From contig CM082589.2 of NCBI GenBank assembly GCA_040954595.2, forward strand, positions 1,539,810 to 1,603,809: 64,000 nucleotides of DNA. Reading direction: 5' to 3'. The notes beneath the pieces were generated by a model that saw only the letters and a program-made list of their open reading frames with translations, made no database searches and was not told where the DNA came from. Source of the DNA: Balanoglossus misakiensis (lineage: Eukaryota > Animalia > Hemichordata). The position numbers and the translations under genes are program-made. Shown piece by piece: positions 14,201 to 29,315 of this stretch (its first letter is position 1; each line of letters begins with the position of its first letter).

Positions 14201-17200
14201 ATTCAAGTGGAAGCTGATTAGCCGAGTGGCTACATTTTGTCGTCACCTGCATGCATAATGAGCTTGACATCACTGTAGCACAGCACCCTGGGAAATTGTG
14301 GAGAGTGCAGCCTGTGGCTATTCAAAACAGAGTCGGGTGGCGGTATCTCGCGTTTGCTTTCAATTGCCGAGCCGGCCATTGTCAGCTGAGTCAATCGTGT
14401 GTTGATATGTGAGCTTGGTACTGACAGCAAAGAGGTGAGTTCTCTTTTGTTCACCTAGGTCAATTGAATCACGGAAAAATGGTTTCAAAATGCCAGTTTG
14501 AACTGAAAGAAAGTCTGGCCTAACAGGTGCGAAACATTACATACTGATTACCCTTGTGGCGTTCCACATTTTCATAATTATTCTGAGAAAGCTCCATTCA
14601 CGAATCAGATACATTCAGCCTGCATTACTAGATGGAGTTTATCCCATCCATACGAACAAACCGTTATGAATAGAGCATTGTTGACTCTCGTACCTGCATT
14701 TTTCAGATGGAATTCCATTTGAAATGCAAGTTGTTTGTACAGTGCCTGAAAACAGTGCACTCAGGAGAAAGTCTGCATGTAATATTGCTATTCCGTTTGA
14801 TGGTTCTGATGAGGTGAAGTAGACAATCAATAGAAATGTGCATAACACTTTGTTTGAACAGCCTACATCAAACAAAACCGACAAGTGGAATTATGGAAAA
14901 AATACATATAATGCACAGATCATAGGTGCAATGCTGTAAAAAATAACCAAAACAAAGTAATTATCATTTAGATAAGATAATTAGTACTAATTGCAAACTC
15001 ATCAGCATATTGTGCAGTGTCATTATATTGACAATACATGCACATATTACAGAATTCATAGCATTGCCTGCTTAATGTAGCATAGCTTACCTGGTCAGGC
15101 ATGACTGGTCACTGACTGTTTCATCATTGTATGCTGATTGTATATCATCCATTAGAATTGATTATCAATCACCATGGAGATAAAATACATGTCATTGAGA
15201 ATACAGATAAGGTGGGCATAGTGGATGCTAATTTCTTTAAGTACAGGGACAGTTTTTGTTCTTGAGGAACAAGGAACTATCAAGGCTGATAGCAAACAAA
15301 CCGGACGGCGTCATCGTCAAGAGAGCGATCTATTTATAAGTTCACTATTCTTGATATTGTAGGATTTTCACCATCTGGGGAATGTAGAGCAAATAGGAAA
15401 CAAATATGCCAATTCAGTGGAGATTTCTTTGCATGCATTCACCAGCTGTCATCCGCAAAAGCAATATGCCACGAGAGATTTCTGTATCAGTGGCATTATC
15501 TTGGGAATTTTATTTTTGATATCTTTTATTTTTACATAAAAGTTATTTCTGTTCCTATTTATCAGTTTGTAGAGTGACTTATGAATGTCCATTTGCACTT
15601 GATGTTCCAACACAGGGTTGTGGCTGGGCAGTTGTTTGGAAAGCAGAGTTTGACTTCTGTAAATGTGTTCCTAATTGAAAGCTGCCTTTGACAGATAGGT
15701 GTATCTTTTATTTGATCGCACGTTTTTAAAACAAAACGCCAGATCATGATGCAACCAGAAAAGCTGTAAATATGTTAAGCTAATGCTGTGATTTTCAGTA
15801 TTTACACATATATTGACCAATTTTCTGATCCATTTTTCTATGCAATTGCTACTTGGATCACTAATTACGTGTGTTGCTACCAATGTATTGAACTGTTTGC
15901 TTTTCAGTCAGGCCAAATTGCTTAACAATAGTGTTTCCATTAAGCATAATATCTAATGTACACATGAGAATTTCTCTATAGCGTTGAATTTATTAAACTG
16001 AGTACATAGAAAGTCTTTTGATATAACACTTGAAAACTGAATTGGTTCATGTCATTTTATTGCAAGTCTTGGAGCAAAAAGGCACCTTGGCATACATATG
16101 TGCAACATGGAAGACGTCTTATACGGTTTCCATCTCAACACATGATCAAACAGTGACGCAAACCGATCACATGTAGTGACGTAAAACTACCTCGCATAAA
16201 GCAAAGAGTGTGAGTTAGAAAATTAGATGTGGAATAGCTACCGGCAATTAGTCATAAATAACACAACCCCAAGTCTGAGTGCGGTCATACTATTACAGTA
16301 TTAGTCCCAGCATGTCTGCATTATTGTATCACGTGATGATGTAAAGCCTATTTCGACTGTTGGTATTTAGCTATAAATCTCTCATTGTAAGCTTTTAGCA
16401 TTTATCTTGCGAATGCTATCATCTAGTACCGGGGGTAACCCTTTAAAAGTTGAAATGAACTAATACCTCCTGCTGTGCCAAAAGTCAGCTCTTAGTCTAT
16501 AACACTCTTATAATATAATCAGTACATACATGTTGATATCAACATGACATCTGCTGCTGTATTTTCTGTTTGGTTATTTGTTCCTTCTGAAGTCTTATAT
16601 ATTTTTTTTCAGAGAAAGGTTATATCCGGTGCCATTTGTGTGAGTTAATAAGAGAGAGTTGTAAATTTCCTGATTAAGTTAAACATTCATTCAAGGTATC
16701 CTCCATGATGGACAGATGTTTTCTCCAATCTATTAGTCTAGACGTGTCTGGCCTTATAATTCGTCACTGGTTCTAAGCACAACTTCAGTCTACCAGTATT
16801 CTGTCCAAAAGGTAATTCAGATGGCACATATCCTGTCCAAAAGGTATTCAGATGTCTTGCCGTAGTAAGCTGTCATCTTATTCAACCTCAGTAACTTATT
16901 AAATATGTATCATTCAGAAAGGTGCGAAATGCTACGTGTTTACATATATTTTTTGGAACGAGTGTCACACAAATGTAGACATACAGAATTTTACCTGAAA
17001 CGTACAAAATTATAAACTGCCTTCTTATCAAAATAACAATACATGTATGTGGTAATTGCCACCATTTTGTGTGTGTGCTTTAGAAAGCCTTAAGTGTTAG
17101 TGCATTGAAAAGATGCAACAAAACTGGAAGCATGTCCTAAATATAAAACACTTGCATTCACAATTCCTTCCAAATGCCTAAAAACTTCATGTTGACTAAA

Positions 17201-20200
17201 ATGTACATGTAACCTGTATTTCCAAATCCATTCAAGCAGAACATTCATTTCCTGCACACAGTACAATTCATCATGTTAATCAACTACTGGAAAATGTGGT
17301 CACATAATCCACAATACCCAGCATCAAATTGACATTTACAAATTCATTATGCTCAATACACAATAATGGAATCATGCCCACTTAAACTTTGAAAAGCAGT
17401 GGAAAAGAAAAATACCTGGATTTGCGTCATACCAAATTTGCCAACTATTTCTCTTTCAAGTTTGAGATGCGAAAATGATTATTTGGATACTGCATGAAAG
17501 ATTTCGCAAGTCCCTCATATTAACCACATAGTGAGCAGATTAATTGCACAGTGACTTGGCCATTATTTGCCAAATTATATTGTTTTTCCCACTGGCAGTA
17601 TGCCATCACATGTAACATGCTTCAGGCATAATGGTAATTCAGTTGCAGCATCAACACAACAGAAATAAAACACGGACTTGGTGATGTAACAGTTAATGAA
17701 ATAATTTTGATCACATTATTATCCTTTAATTACTGCAAATGTACTTATTATGTATCTGACAGAGCTCTTAAATCAGTCGATATATTCGCTCCAGTTAAAT
17801 CCTCTTGGTTCCATTTCATGCGTCACTATATTGATTGATAAAATAGGTTTAGCAGAATGGCGATGTTGCAAGAAATGAACTTTGATATTTTTTACAGACC
17901 AAGTTTCTTGCAGATTAAGGTCAGTGTAGATCAATAGTTCTTGCTGGAAACATAATACATCGTGAAAACAACATATTTTGCATGTTCCTACAGTCTTTTC
18001 TAACATCAGTTCGGAAATTGCAGAATGTGTTGTTTGTTCACATTTGCAAATCTTCAGCTTGTTAACATGTGACCTCCTACAGTGGCACTTACACACTGCC
18101 AGTGGAAGTTGAACAGTATTGTTCATCTTCTCAATGACGGCAGTGTTCTTCTGCCTTGTTAATAATTGAAAGTGTGAAGACTGTGTTTTCTGGTCATGGC
18201 GTCTGAGTAGTATAATGGATGCTATCCGTATCCTTGATGCGATTGACATTGAATCGACGTGACAACATGAATCATGGCTAAGAATTGACCCTTTCATGGA
18301 TGGTGCAGAGAAGTGTTGTAGAGGACAATTCAAACATACAAAGTCCTAGTTCCCTGCATGACAGTAAAATCTCTCTGAATTATTCATTGCATGGCAGGAA
18401 CTTAAGGAAAAGAGAAGCTTACATTCGAATATTGCAGTTCAAATGTTGAATTTATCAGGATAAGTTATAAGACATAAATTTGAGTATTCGGGGTTCAGTT
18501 TATAAAACTGTTTATCACTATTGGTGACTACATTTAAAAAATTAATAATTTCTCTTCTCATAAACACTACAAACATTTTCTTTAGCTGCAAGGTTTATAT
18601 TCAGGAGCTATACATCATACAATTTCTGTAACAGTGTCAAAAATCTTGACTAGATATCCCCTTTGGGCCTTCAGTAAAGGCTGGTAGTTAGACCCACGGG
18701 TACTATCCTTCATGACCTATGAACTTTATCAGGAACTCATTGGAATCTTGACAACTGAGTGAGTATTGTTTCTATTGAATGTCACAAGGTGAATATCCAT
18801 CACCTCATGCCCATGCCTTTGAAGCAAAGAGGAAACATTCTCTTTTTCATATACATTGTATGAAAAACAGCTATCAGTATTAAAATGAACAAATGGAAAG
18901 CTTGGCTGGTATCTGGCTTCAGAAATTCAATGAAAGACTTTTATTAATTCAATTTTCATTAAGTAGAACATACATTTGAACAACTTATGACCGACATATC
19001 TGGTTTCAGTGAGTTTTAAATGTGCACACTTAATTAATTTCTTCCAGATTTTCTTTCATTTCATAAATATTGAAATACCATTCGAAAAGACATTTGATAA
19101 AAAAATCAATACTGGTCATATGAAAAACCTGTCAACTGAGAAACCATATAAATTAACCTTGAGTTTCTTAATTGTACCAAGACTGGTATAATCATTTCCA
19201 TGGTGATGTTATTAATAATATTTATCATAGATGTAGGTTGTAGCTGGTAGCAGGGTCAATCCACTTTGTTTTGTTTTTATGCCTCTCTGTACAACATTTG
19301 AAATTAATATCATGAAAACAAATCCACCTTTAATATTTGGTTTAAATTGTTAATGAAAATGTCATTGTTGTAGATTGAAACTGAAGCCCCATGATTGTTG
19401 GGTAGTCACGATGCACTGTATTCAGGTCCATTAAGCATTGATTGAGATGAAAAGTCAGTGGAATTGAGAGAGATCTAGAGAAAGCAGTTGGAACTTAGAA
19501 CAGTCACATCTCCAAGTATTCATGTACCTATAATCAAGGGAAATATTACCATTCAAGTAATAAGATAGGCATATCCTTAGTCACACTACTTTTTAAAGTG
19601 GAAGGCGGTACCTGTGTGAGGCATCAAGATTATAATTTATTGATGAAACAATCAAATGTTATCTGAAATGCAGATAGCAAGACACCTTATCTGTGCGTGT
19701 TGTCAGACCTGTCATTCTAGGGAATTGTTCAAGATTGGCCAGAGATTTCTCGGTATGTCAGATGTATTAGCCGTGAGCCACTCCTAGGTTCTCTAGAAGT
19801 TCCGCGAGAAGACGAAACTACAAAGGGCAGCCGTCTTGCGAAGTTCTGCGACAGGACGCAATTGCAAAGAACAGCCGTCCACAAGGGAGGGTTATACGCA
19901 AATGTCAGAGCATATCTGTAAACACCCACTCACCAACAAATTACAATGTGATTGTGACGGTGGTTATACTGCACAAGTTGCATGTCCATGAACTCTCACA
20001 TTCAAAATTCTGATCGTATATCCAGTATTTCAGTTGCAACAGAGAAACCTGTGGTAAAAGCCAATGTCCGACATCTTTTATGTATGTACCATCTAAGGAG
20101 GTATACCCGTAGCCATTGACATTGACACACTGTTGGGACTCCTGTAATCAGTATACCTGTACATGTAGGTTGTTCAAAGTGTTATTCCCTGTTCAGTGGA

Positions 20201-23200
20201 TTGAAGGTTATAGTGAAGATGGGGCAGTGATTCTAATCAGTCTCTGTCCAGGTTCTTTCCTTTGTTTTGAAAGATCAATACCAGATTGCAAATATTGAGT
20301 TTGAGTTTGCGAGACAAGAGAGTACAACCAGAGAGTTCATACCAAATGCACATAACATTGCTGGCTGGCTGTAAGTCGATAAATACATTCCATCATGGTA
20401 CAAGACCTTCATGTGTTCTCTCATTATTAGGAAGTTATGAGTTTCACAAAGATAAATTGTTTGTCAAGGACAATGCAGATTGGCATTGTGGATGTGATTA
20501 ATCAAATTCCTTGTTATTCCCTTGAGATCCTGCAAGCATTAAATAGTGATAATGTTTGTTTTCAATTATGTTTTGACATCTCCAAGACATTGCCGTTAAT
20601 GATTGATGTAGCTATATTTCCCCCAATATAATTGATAGTGAGTTGTGACCCCATAGAAAGCACTTAATGGTATCCCATAATAGTTTCCCTTCTTTGTCCT
20701 TTGCTGACTGTTTCATTGCTCATTTATAAAAGAGGGAAACTTTCAAGATGAAATGGCTTTTAAAAATTTGCAAAATCAAAGGACATAAGAAATGGTATTT
20801 CTGATGTGTGTATTTCAACCTGGATGAATGTTTTGCCAGGCCCAAGCTCGCGATCAACATTTTCACCTTAAAAATTTCATAGCGCTGTCAATGCATAATA
20901 AATTGTTGCCAACCACATCATATTTATACAACGTATAGAAATTAAAATGCATAGGCATCAAATATATATAGATTCAATTGTTGTGACATCAATGGGTTCC
21001 TTTCCGTGGATCAAACCTGTTTGTGTGCCACAGGATGCTGAATGTGGTGTATTTTATTAAAGTGGAAGGTTTGATAGAAAGTGACATCAATCTTTGAAAG
21101 CAGGCATGTATTTTTGTGCAACACTATCAATAGATGTCAGTTTGCATTCACGTGTAGTCATTAGCGAATGCTTTATTGTTTGTAGGTTGGCATTGTGACT
21201 GTTAGTGCAGCTGCACCATCTAACAGTGGTGAGATTAACAGAAGTCACTAACCTCACTTACTGTAGAACTGTACTTCTAAAAATAATGGCAGAAGGTCAG
21301 CAAGAGAATCACACAAACTCTTGGCAACAAATAGAAATGGCAAGTTCTTTCTTGAATGATTCCTCTCTGCCAGCTCTGGCACAATAGAAGAGGAAGAAAG
21401 AATACCGTATTTTGCGTGCAAATCAGCGATCTACTGTTGAATTAATGTTACGTAGTAAAACTTGCTATTATTGGGAGGTACCGTACAAAGCAAAGCATGT
21501 GATGTGACACATATAGTATAGTACATTTCCGAGTATGGCCAGAATATTTGCACTTTGACCTCTAATAGTGAACACGATTCCAAATTTTGTTTCATTAGAT
21601 TTTAAAGAAAACAATTGTGTCTTTAAAATTCATGGATATACCATCATATGATTGTGAAGGTTTTCAGTTGTTCCATCTGATCTGATTATCAAATCAATGA
21701 AGAATAAGAGCAGGATTTCTACACAGGTATATCTTAGTTAATTTGCAGTCTAGACAAGGTAGCCCTGGAGATGTGCCTGTCACTTAGTTTGATGTGATTG
21801 CCATGGCGTCACTCGACAGGAACACACACTGTCCGAGGATTTTCAATGATGCTTTTACACCCTGCAGACCACAATACACTCAGCATGTCATTCAGAAAGT
21901 ATCAACATGTTGATGTTATGTGTGTGAATAGCAGGACTTGTGACTGTTTATGTTTCCAGTCCAGGCTCTGGCTGATGATGGCATTGCAGAACCAAAGGGA
22001 ACCAGTGTCACCTGGTGGACCAATAATAACTAAATTGAAATCACTACAAATCTCACATCACTTTGCAAGATCACACTCACAGAAATGCAATGAAATCATA
22101 ATCATCTCGACGAAAATCTACTCAATCAAACAAGTAGATTGAAATATTAATTTTTTATTCCAAGTTTAGATTAAAATCAAATATAGCAGAAGTTTGATAG
22201 TTGAGGGTATAATTGAACACGATTTTCCTATTAGAATGATCTATCCTGAGAACTCTAAGGAAGTGTTGATTGATAACTATACAAACAGAGGCAATTAAGT
22301 AAATAATGACTTCATTACTTGCTGGAAACACTTGGATTAGGAGATTGGAAAATGGTCTTTCTGTATTTGTGCAGCATATCAATCTCATAGCTCACCCTTA
22401 GTCATGTTTTTCCAGTACTGAAAGATAGAGACTGCTTTGCCAGTGAAAAGTGTGTGTCACACAAATAGCATTTTTTTATCCATTGCAAATATCAAGGTGT
22501 AAATTGTATCTGACCTTCAACTTGAGAATCAATCAGAGACTGAGAAGAGAAACGGCTAGATCAAGGTCATTTGAATTCATCTCACCTAACAGCTGTTACT
22601 AGATATATATCATTTAACTAATCTATATAATAATAGTTTCTCTGTAAAGTATATGTAAATAGACACAATTTATGATATATGTGATAGCAATCTGTTTTCC
22701 CTATAACCAGTACAGGTCTGTCATAACAAGAACCCTTAAATGAAAGAAACAACAGATTTTCATGACAGCCACTTTTTATTTGGATCGAATTGTCACTGAC
22801 ACATGCAGAGATAAAGTGTATCTGTAAGCTCTGATATGTTTTCCAATCCTTTTTGACCTGTGTAATGGTTACAGTATATACACATGCAGGGGAAGATAGA
22901 ATGAGTTTTTCTGACCGTCTAAAGGATTGTCTCTCTCTATGAAGGCCAACAAGTCATGACTGAAAGAATTTGTCTACTTTCTGTGATGAAAGATTTCAAT
23001 GGACTGTACAGGAATGTTAAAGAGACTAGTCAAAACAAGGAGTGAGTGAAGAAAAGAAGTGAATGGTGAAGTGTGATTGTGTGTGTGGTTTTGCCATAGC
23101 AGACTAATGGCTGTGGAACCAATTTGATGGGTTGGATGAATGACATGTAGGATGGAAAAAGTACTGAAATCTCAGCCTCTGTTCAACATTTTCTGTTTCC

Positions 23201-26200
23201 ATTCAGTAGCCATAAATTGCAACATGTTCATAGATTGACTGTAATGGTATTTCGCTCATTTGTTGATTGCGTGGCGTCAGAAACGTTGGCTTGACAACCA
23301 CCGAGAGATTGGAGAGTAAATTGACCAGGTCTTCGGAAGAGGATTTACTGAGGGGAATTAAATAATTGGCTTTGTCATTTTACGCAATATTCGCTTCCAA
23401 CTTAGATTTAGATGGATAATGTCTGAACTCTTTACAAGATGTTTATCTTGTCACATAATTGTAGTATGGATGTTCTGTCTACATTTATAGAGTGAAGTGT
23501 GTAGTCAGTAAATCCTAGTGGTGATTTGGTCAAATATGCATTTAAAACTAATCAATCAAAGGTACCGATTTTTTTTGGTCAAAACATGTTTTCTCTGTGA
23601 AAGAAAGAAAAAATCTATGATTGATTAATCTAAAAACACAGCAACTAACTAATCTTACACCACATTTCAATCATAAACAAAGGCCTACCAATATAAAAAA
23701 ACAAACACATGTGCATGAGTAAGAACTGAAAAAGACGGAGACTGCAGACAGCTGCTCGAAGAACCAGATGCAGATTTTAAAACTTCATTGTTGTTAAGAC
23801 ACAATATCACCCGTGGTTTCTTAAGTTTTATAGCTATGAAATCATTGCAAAGAGGTAATAATACAGCCATAAAAGTCATTCTAGTCTGACTTTCATGCAA
23901 ATCATAAATGTTATAGATGCAAGTTTTGCATGGGCTTAAATTTGTCCTAGTTCCCAGATCATCCATTAAACTGATATTTATAGAGTGAATAAAGTTATAG
24001 TACGATTTTAGTAGGATTGGTAATTCCTCTTGGGAGGGGGTATAAGCTCAAAACTAACACCAGTGAATTTTGCTGTTTGTGCTCAGAATATACATATTAT
24101 GGTATGACCAGTGATTTAACTGTTTCCAAGATTTTGTTTACATGCAAGATGTCTACCAGATGTAATTCTGATGAAAAGTCTTTGCATAAGATTACCATTT
24201 AGTTCTCCAAGACATGCACTTTTTAAATTTACATGGATTGGGATATTTCGTATTCAGCAACAGATTGTTTTGGTCTAATGGTATGATGATTTCAAGTCCT
24301 GTTTGACCTTTCAATGTGCAATATGCAGTTAATCATATAATTTGTGCCATCTGAGAATTGATTTTATGGCAATCACCAACAGGAAGTTCAGTGAAATGCA
24401 ACATATGATGTCTGTAAATTTAACGATTCCAAAAGATATTAATTTTTGAGCTAAAAATAGTTTGTCTAGAATTGTGTATGGCAAAATTCTCTCAATATTG
24501 CATTCTGTAAAAACATGAATAATGTGTATTATGCTGTATTCCTCTGAACTGATGGATATTGAAGTAAGGCTAAAAAATTCAGTCAGAGTCGATGGTTTAG
24601 TTGAAATTTTTTGTCTGCCGTGGGCTGATTTTCAGCATCAATAACAATGCAATTGGAATGCTGTATGCCAATGTGATAAATGTTCTTCCGGTCTTGGGCT
24701 ATTAACGAGGAGTTTTTATCACACAACCATAATGCCTGAGGGAATATATGAGAAATACACAAGAAAAGAGAGACACAGATGTCTAGTCAATACACGAAAA
24801 GGAAATTAGTAAAGGTGTGGTCTTCCTCTGCATTGCTGGAATCCTTTTTGACTCTTGAAAGTTGTTAACAATTTCACATAATTGCTGAAATCTCTTCGTA
24901 GCTTAATAGCGTGCATATATGCAGGGTAATTCTATCGTAGCTACTTCCTGTTGGTGTGCAAATTGATTTTTTACGAAGTCCCTGTTCAAAAGATGCAAAG
25001 ATCGCAACTGTAGACGTCCATTGATTGGACATTATGAAAACAAAGAAAGTCCACTTGGTGTGTAATGTTGCCCAACTTTGAGTATAGTCAATAAATAAAT
25101 AAATGTTTAATTTCAAGGTATTTCCTATTCTTTGTGTTTCTGGACTAACCCAGGTGTGATAGGTTTGACGATGATTTTTAGTTTTAATAGAGAACCAGAA
25201 ATGGCCAGATATTACGGCCTATATTTAGCACCACTGTGTCCCCCACTTCTCCCAATTTCCTTCACTGGCATCCTCTCTGCTATCAATATTTATTGCCATT
25301 TTAGTTTGAGACTGAGTAGTTTGCTATCGAAGCTGACACCCAGACAACTGAGACGTGACCTCTTCACTTCGTGGAGGCAGTCCTGTGTGGGTTTGCACAC
25401 TTAATCTTTGCATTGCTGTCAGGGAAAATAGTTGCCGTTGGGAAACGTCTGGTCTGTGCTGAGCCTTAATATTACATGTAGTTTACCGCTGTCTTTCATA
25501 TTTCCAACTACTTCTTGGAAGTTGGAAGTCCTGATAAAATGTTAATGGGGTTTCCCAGTTGTTTTACCGGGGTTTCCCCCCTGGAATATCGAGGCAGTCA
25601 GAGTCATATTGATGGTATGAAAAAGCATTACTGGGTTTTCTGAATCATTAACCAGTCATGTTCCCCCATCCCATGAAAAATCGCAAATAAAACAGCATTT
25701 TGAGTATGTATGTACGGTTTGTTATTCTATACCGTTTCACTCAGTATATTGATAGAACTTTTATAGGTGAAATTAAAATGGGAATATTTGTTTTATTGGT
25801 ATCTATTGATATGGTCTAGTGAAGCTTGCAATAAATTATGCATGAAGGATAATATTTCATCATTAGTGGATGGAAACGTGTAGGTAGTGCTCAGTGCCTG
25901 GAACGATGGAAACTCAAAGAAATTGTCATTTTCAATTTAGGATCTATTTCAACAATTTTCTGATAGCTTTACATTGTACTGTAATTTGGCTTGAAAAATA
26001 TGTTTTATTTTTTCATGAAATTAATGTAGACAGTCGGAATTTGTGCCAGGCTCATAGCGTTCCATGTTCTGGAGGGTACAGGTAGTTGTCATGACAATAG
26101 ACAATTACCTCTCGCATACAGCAAAGCGTTTGCCTTGACTCAAACAGCCAATCGTATGCCTTGAGACAGACAGCCAAGTGTTTGACTAGTTAGAACAGTT

Positions 26201-27461
26201 AAGTCTGAATTGAGAAGTTCTGACAAAGTTGACTATGGCTTGCAGGTGAAATGTCATAGAAACAAAACGAGACAGATATATCAAGCGAACCACTTGAAGA
26301 AAAAACAAGTAACTATTTGCAGGTATACTACAAGTTCAGGGTACCAGTAAATTTCCACAGAATGGCATTTACATTAGGCCAATTATTTGTTCAGCATTGA
26401 CATTTCAACAGGCTGTCCTATAAATATTCTATCCTTAAATTTTGTCTCAGAAATCATTCATGTGCCATGTTTTATGGTATTACTGCTGTGTTACAATGAG
26501 ACCATCAACGTCTGTGTCTTCAAAATACTTTGAATGCCACAGGGAAAATCCTGTGTTTGCGATATGTACTATCAAACCGTTGATCACAAGGTTCGCTTTT
26601 GAAAACTAGTAATGCTGTTTGCGAAATTAGCAGTGCAGGAGGTACGTTGTCATAAATGCCAAAAGCATCAGTTGGAAATTAATTTGTGGTCCATCCGTTG
26701 TAGCTCATCAGACCAGTCCATCAAGGAAACCACGGGAGGTGTATACAGTCCGCTCTACAAGAGAAACACTCATTAAATGCCATGTTTAATTATTTGTCTT
26801 GAATACAAGGCAATTTAGAGTTAATTGTTTGACCGTACTTATTCATTTGCAGTATCTCTAAACCAACAAATTTGGATCAGCTTTTAATAGGTGCTTGAAG
26901 AGCAACTTTATAGAGTAATCTAGTTATCTTGTTGGTTCAAGTGAAAATTTTGATTTTTCTGACTTTGGGAGAATTGTAGGAAGTCACTTAAATTGATTAA
27001 AGGAATACAGTCACCTCCAATTTACATTATGCCCATATATGGTCAATTCAAATAGGCATATTTGGGTCTTTGCATGAGTTTATTGGGTGGTGCCCTTTTT
27101 TCGCTTGGCCACCCACTGAAAATCTGTAATTGGCTAGATCTCAATTGTCTGTAGCTGAATTTGCATTGGTGATTGCACCTTAAACCGAAATAATGTTGGA
27201 AGTCAGTGACTTTGCCCCATTAACCTCCTTCTAGTTGATGAGATGTCATTCGAGGGAAATTCACCTTGGATGCTCTCTCCTCGACCTACTTTTCCGACAA
27301 TTCATGTTAAGGTCAGAGATGCATGTACTATAGAGAAATTAGCGGAGGGAATCATCTATTGTCTGCAGTAACTGTTGCCTCTAAGATGATTAATAGTATT
27401 AATGTACGTAAAGTTGTAATACGCATTTGTTAATCTGTTGTTTTATTTTCATCTGTTACAG

Positions 27462-27624
27462 TTTGGGGTTGACCTTCAGAGATAGTGGAAAATCACCTGA
27501 AAGTGACTGTGTGTTTGCTACGTAGAAATCGTGACGGTGACCGTACTCGGACATATAGGCATTATTGTCACTTCCTGTATAAAACTCTCGGGCATCAGAA
27601 CCAGATAGTTACTGATTGGGAAAG
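27462..27624 (+). other. Candidate 163-nt non-coding 5'UTR exon of the neurocalcin gene
   Basis: Acceptor ttttattttcatctgttacag| and donor aag|gtaagg; no ATG inside. Confidence 0.35.
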
Positions 27625-29280
27625 GTAAGGATGTTTTATCATTGTATAAAGATGCTACATCATTGATGATTGCCAATGTGTGATTCCTGGAATCCAAATG
27701 GCTTTCAGTACGAACAAAACCACATGCATACTCAAAAATGAAAACGCCGTGTCTTATTCTATTTCTCATGATCATCACCTGATTCTTAAAATCCCGGAAT
27801 GTAATCAGACTTAATCTTGAGAAATGACTGAGACACATTTGTTGCAACTGTCACATGTATGACACATTATCAATTAAATTATCTTTAGAGTATCATCCAT
27901 GTGGAGGTTCAACCATCAATTGTAATTTTCTCTGACAAAATAAGCGTTACCGAAATCCAACTGGCTGAATTTCACAAAAGAAAAACTCATTTTCCAATCA
28001 ATATCTACAAGAAATCGATGGTTGCTCATGCATCATACACAAAAGAAAGTGAAACTTGAAGAAAGGTATAGACATCAGTTACAAGTGTAATCCCCTCCAA
28101 CATGACAGGACTTGAAAATCCATTAGAAGTATTAGGTAGTTATGATCCTCAACGTTGCGAAATAGAAAGACTATTGAAGATCATTGCTTCATTATCTGAG
28201 AAGTAATTTGTAAGAAAGGAGACTTAAAACGATTGAAATTGATTTTCCTTCACCAAATATTCCCCACAACGAAAATAAGAGTATTTTAGACTGGTAATCA
28301 ATGGTCTCAAATCCCCCATAATGTTCTATGCCCATATGATCCATAAAAATCACCAACTTGGTACATTATTGTTTCCTGCATGGCTCTGATTCTCGTACGT
28401 GTCCACTTACTGATACACTTTCAATAGTCTACCTGAAGTGTGGTATGTCCTCGATGGAGCCAACTAGCGTTGCATGGTGAAGCCGTCACCCACTCCTCCA
28501 TCTCTTGTTTTGAGGGTGTGAATATCGTCTGAAGGATGTTTCGCAAGTTGCGTATATTATAAGCTGCAGTGAGAGACTGTGAGAATATAGCTGAGCTGGC
28601 TAGCTCAGCCAAGTCAAGTCAGAGATAAGAGGGGAAGCTCAAAAATATAGAGCCCGGAAATAGGAGGTTAATATGACCCATATTATGCATCTGTTATACA
28701 AAGACCTGAGATCTTGATGGTCATGAAAGCTAGAATGTATACCACACGTTTTCCATAGACACTTTAAACTGTCTGAGTGCTTCATGCGATAGACACTTTC
28801 TTTTCCTCCTGTCATCATAGACATATGTATCTTCTCAATCAGTTTTGCAGCATCACAAAGATTGCTTGTCAAGAGTATCATATAGCAGGGCTTCATGCCA
28901 CGAGGGGGTTATAGTATAGTGGTGAGTCAGTTGTCCGTAGGGACCATACTTGATGGGGTTGCTGACCTGAGATCGGTTGCTTCTGACAGGGCTAATTGAG
29001 GGTGTGAGTACATCAGAGCCTTCAACTGTAGATATTGCATGGCATCCAAATCGTCACTGTCCTCATCTGAAGCAAATCACATGAGAGCACATTTCCTTTT
29101 CTGTTCAATTTCTCTTCAAACGCGAAGAGAGACTTCCTGTTTTTGTGGTGTGAAGCAGGAATGGGCTTAATGGGTTCACACCTGTTTGCTTCACGTTTTT
29201 TGGTTGGGGGTTTATTTTTGGTCATTGATGGTGTTTGCATCAGTGACAAGAACAGAGTTTTAATAGTTTTTGCCCTTATA

Positions 29281-29315
29281 GTGTGTGCGTGTGTGTGTGT
29301 GTGCGTGTGTGTGTG
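29281..29315. repeat. (GT)n microsatellite
   Basis: gtgtgtgcgtgtgtgtgtgtgtgcgtgtgtgtgtg. Confidence 0.9.

Noticed and set aside
16801-16854. Short direct duplication (similar one at ~60089-60159)
   Set aside because: Ordinary slippage-type duplications in non-coding DNA with no evident consequence.
17773-18333. 186-aa minus-strand ORF
   Set aside because: Non-ATG start, no recognisable domain, composition typical of non-coding DNA.
23549-23627. Inverted repeat TAATCAATCA...TGATTGATTA as a possible miRNA hairpin
   Set aside because: Short AT-rich stems around a large loop; not a convincing precursor.
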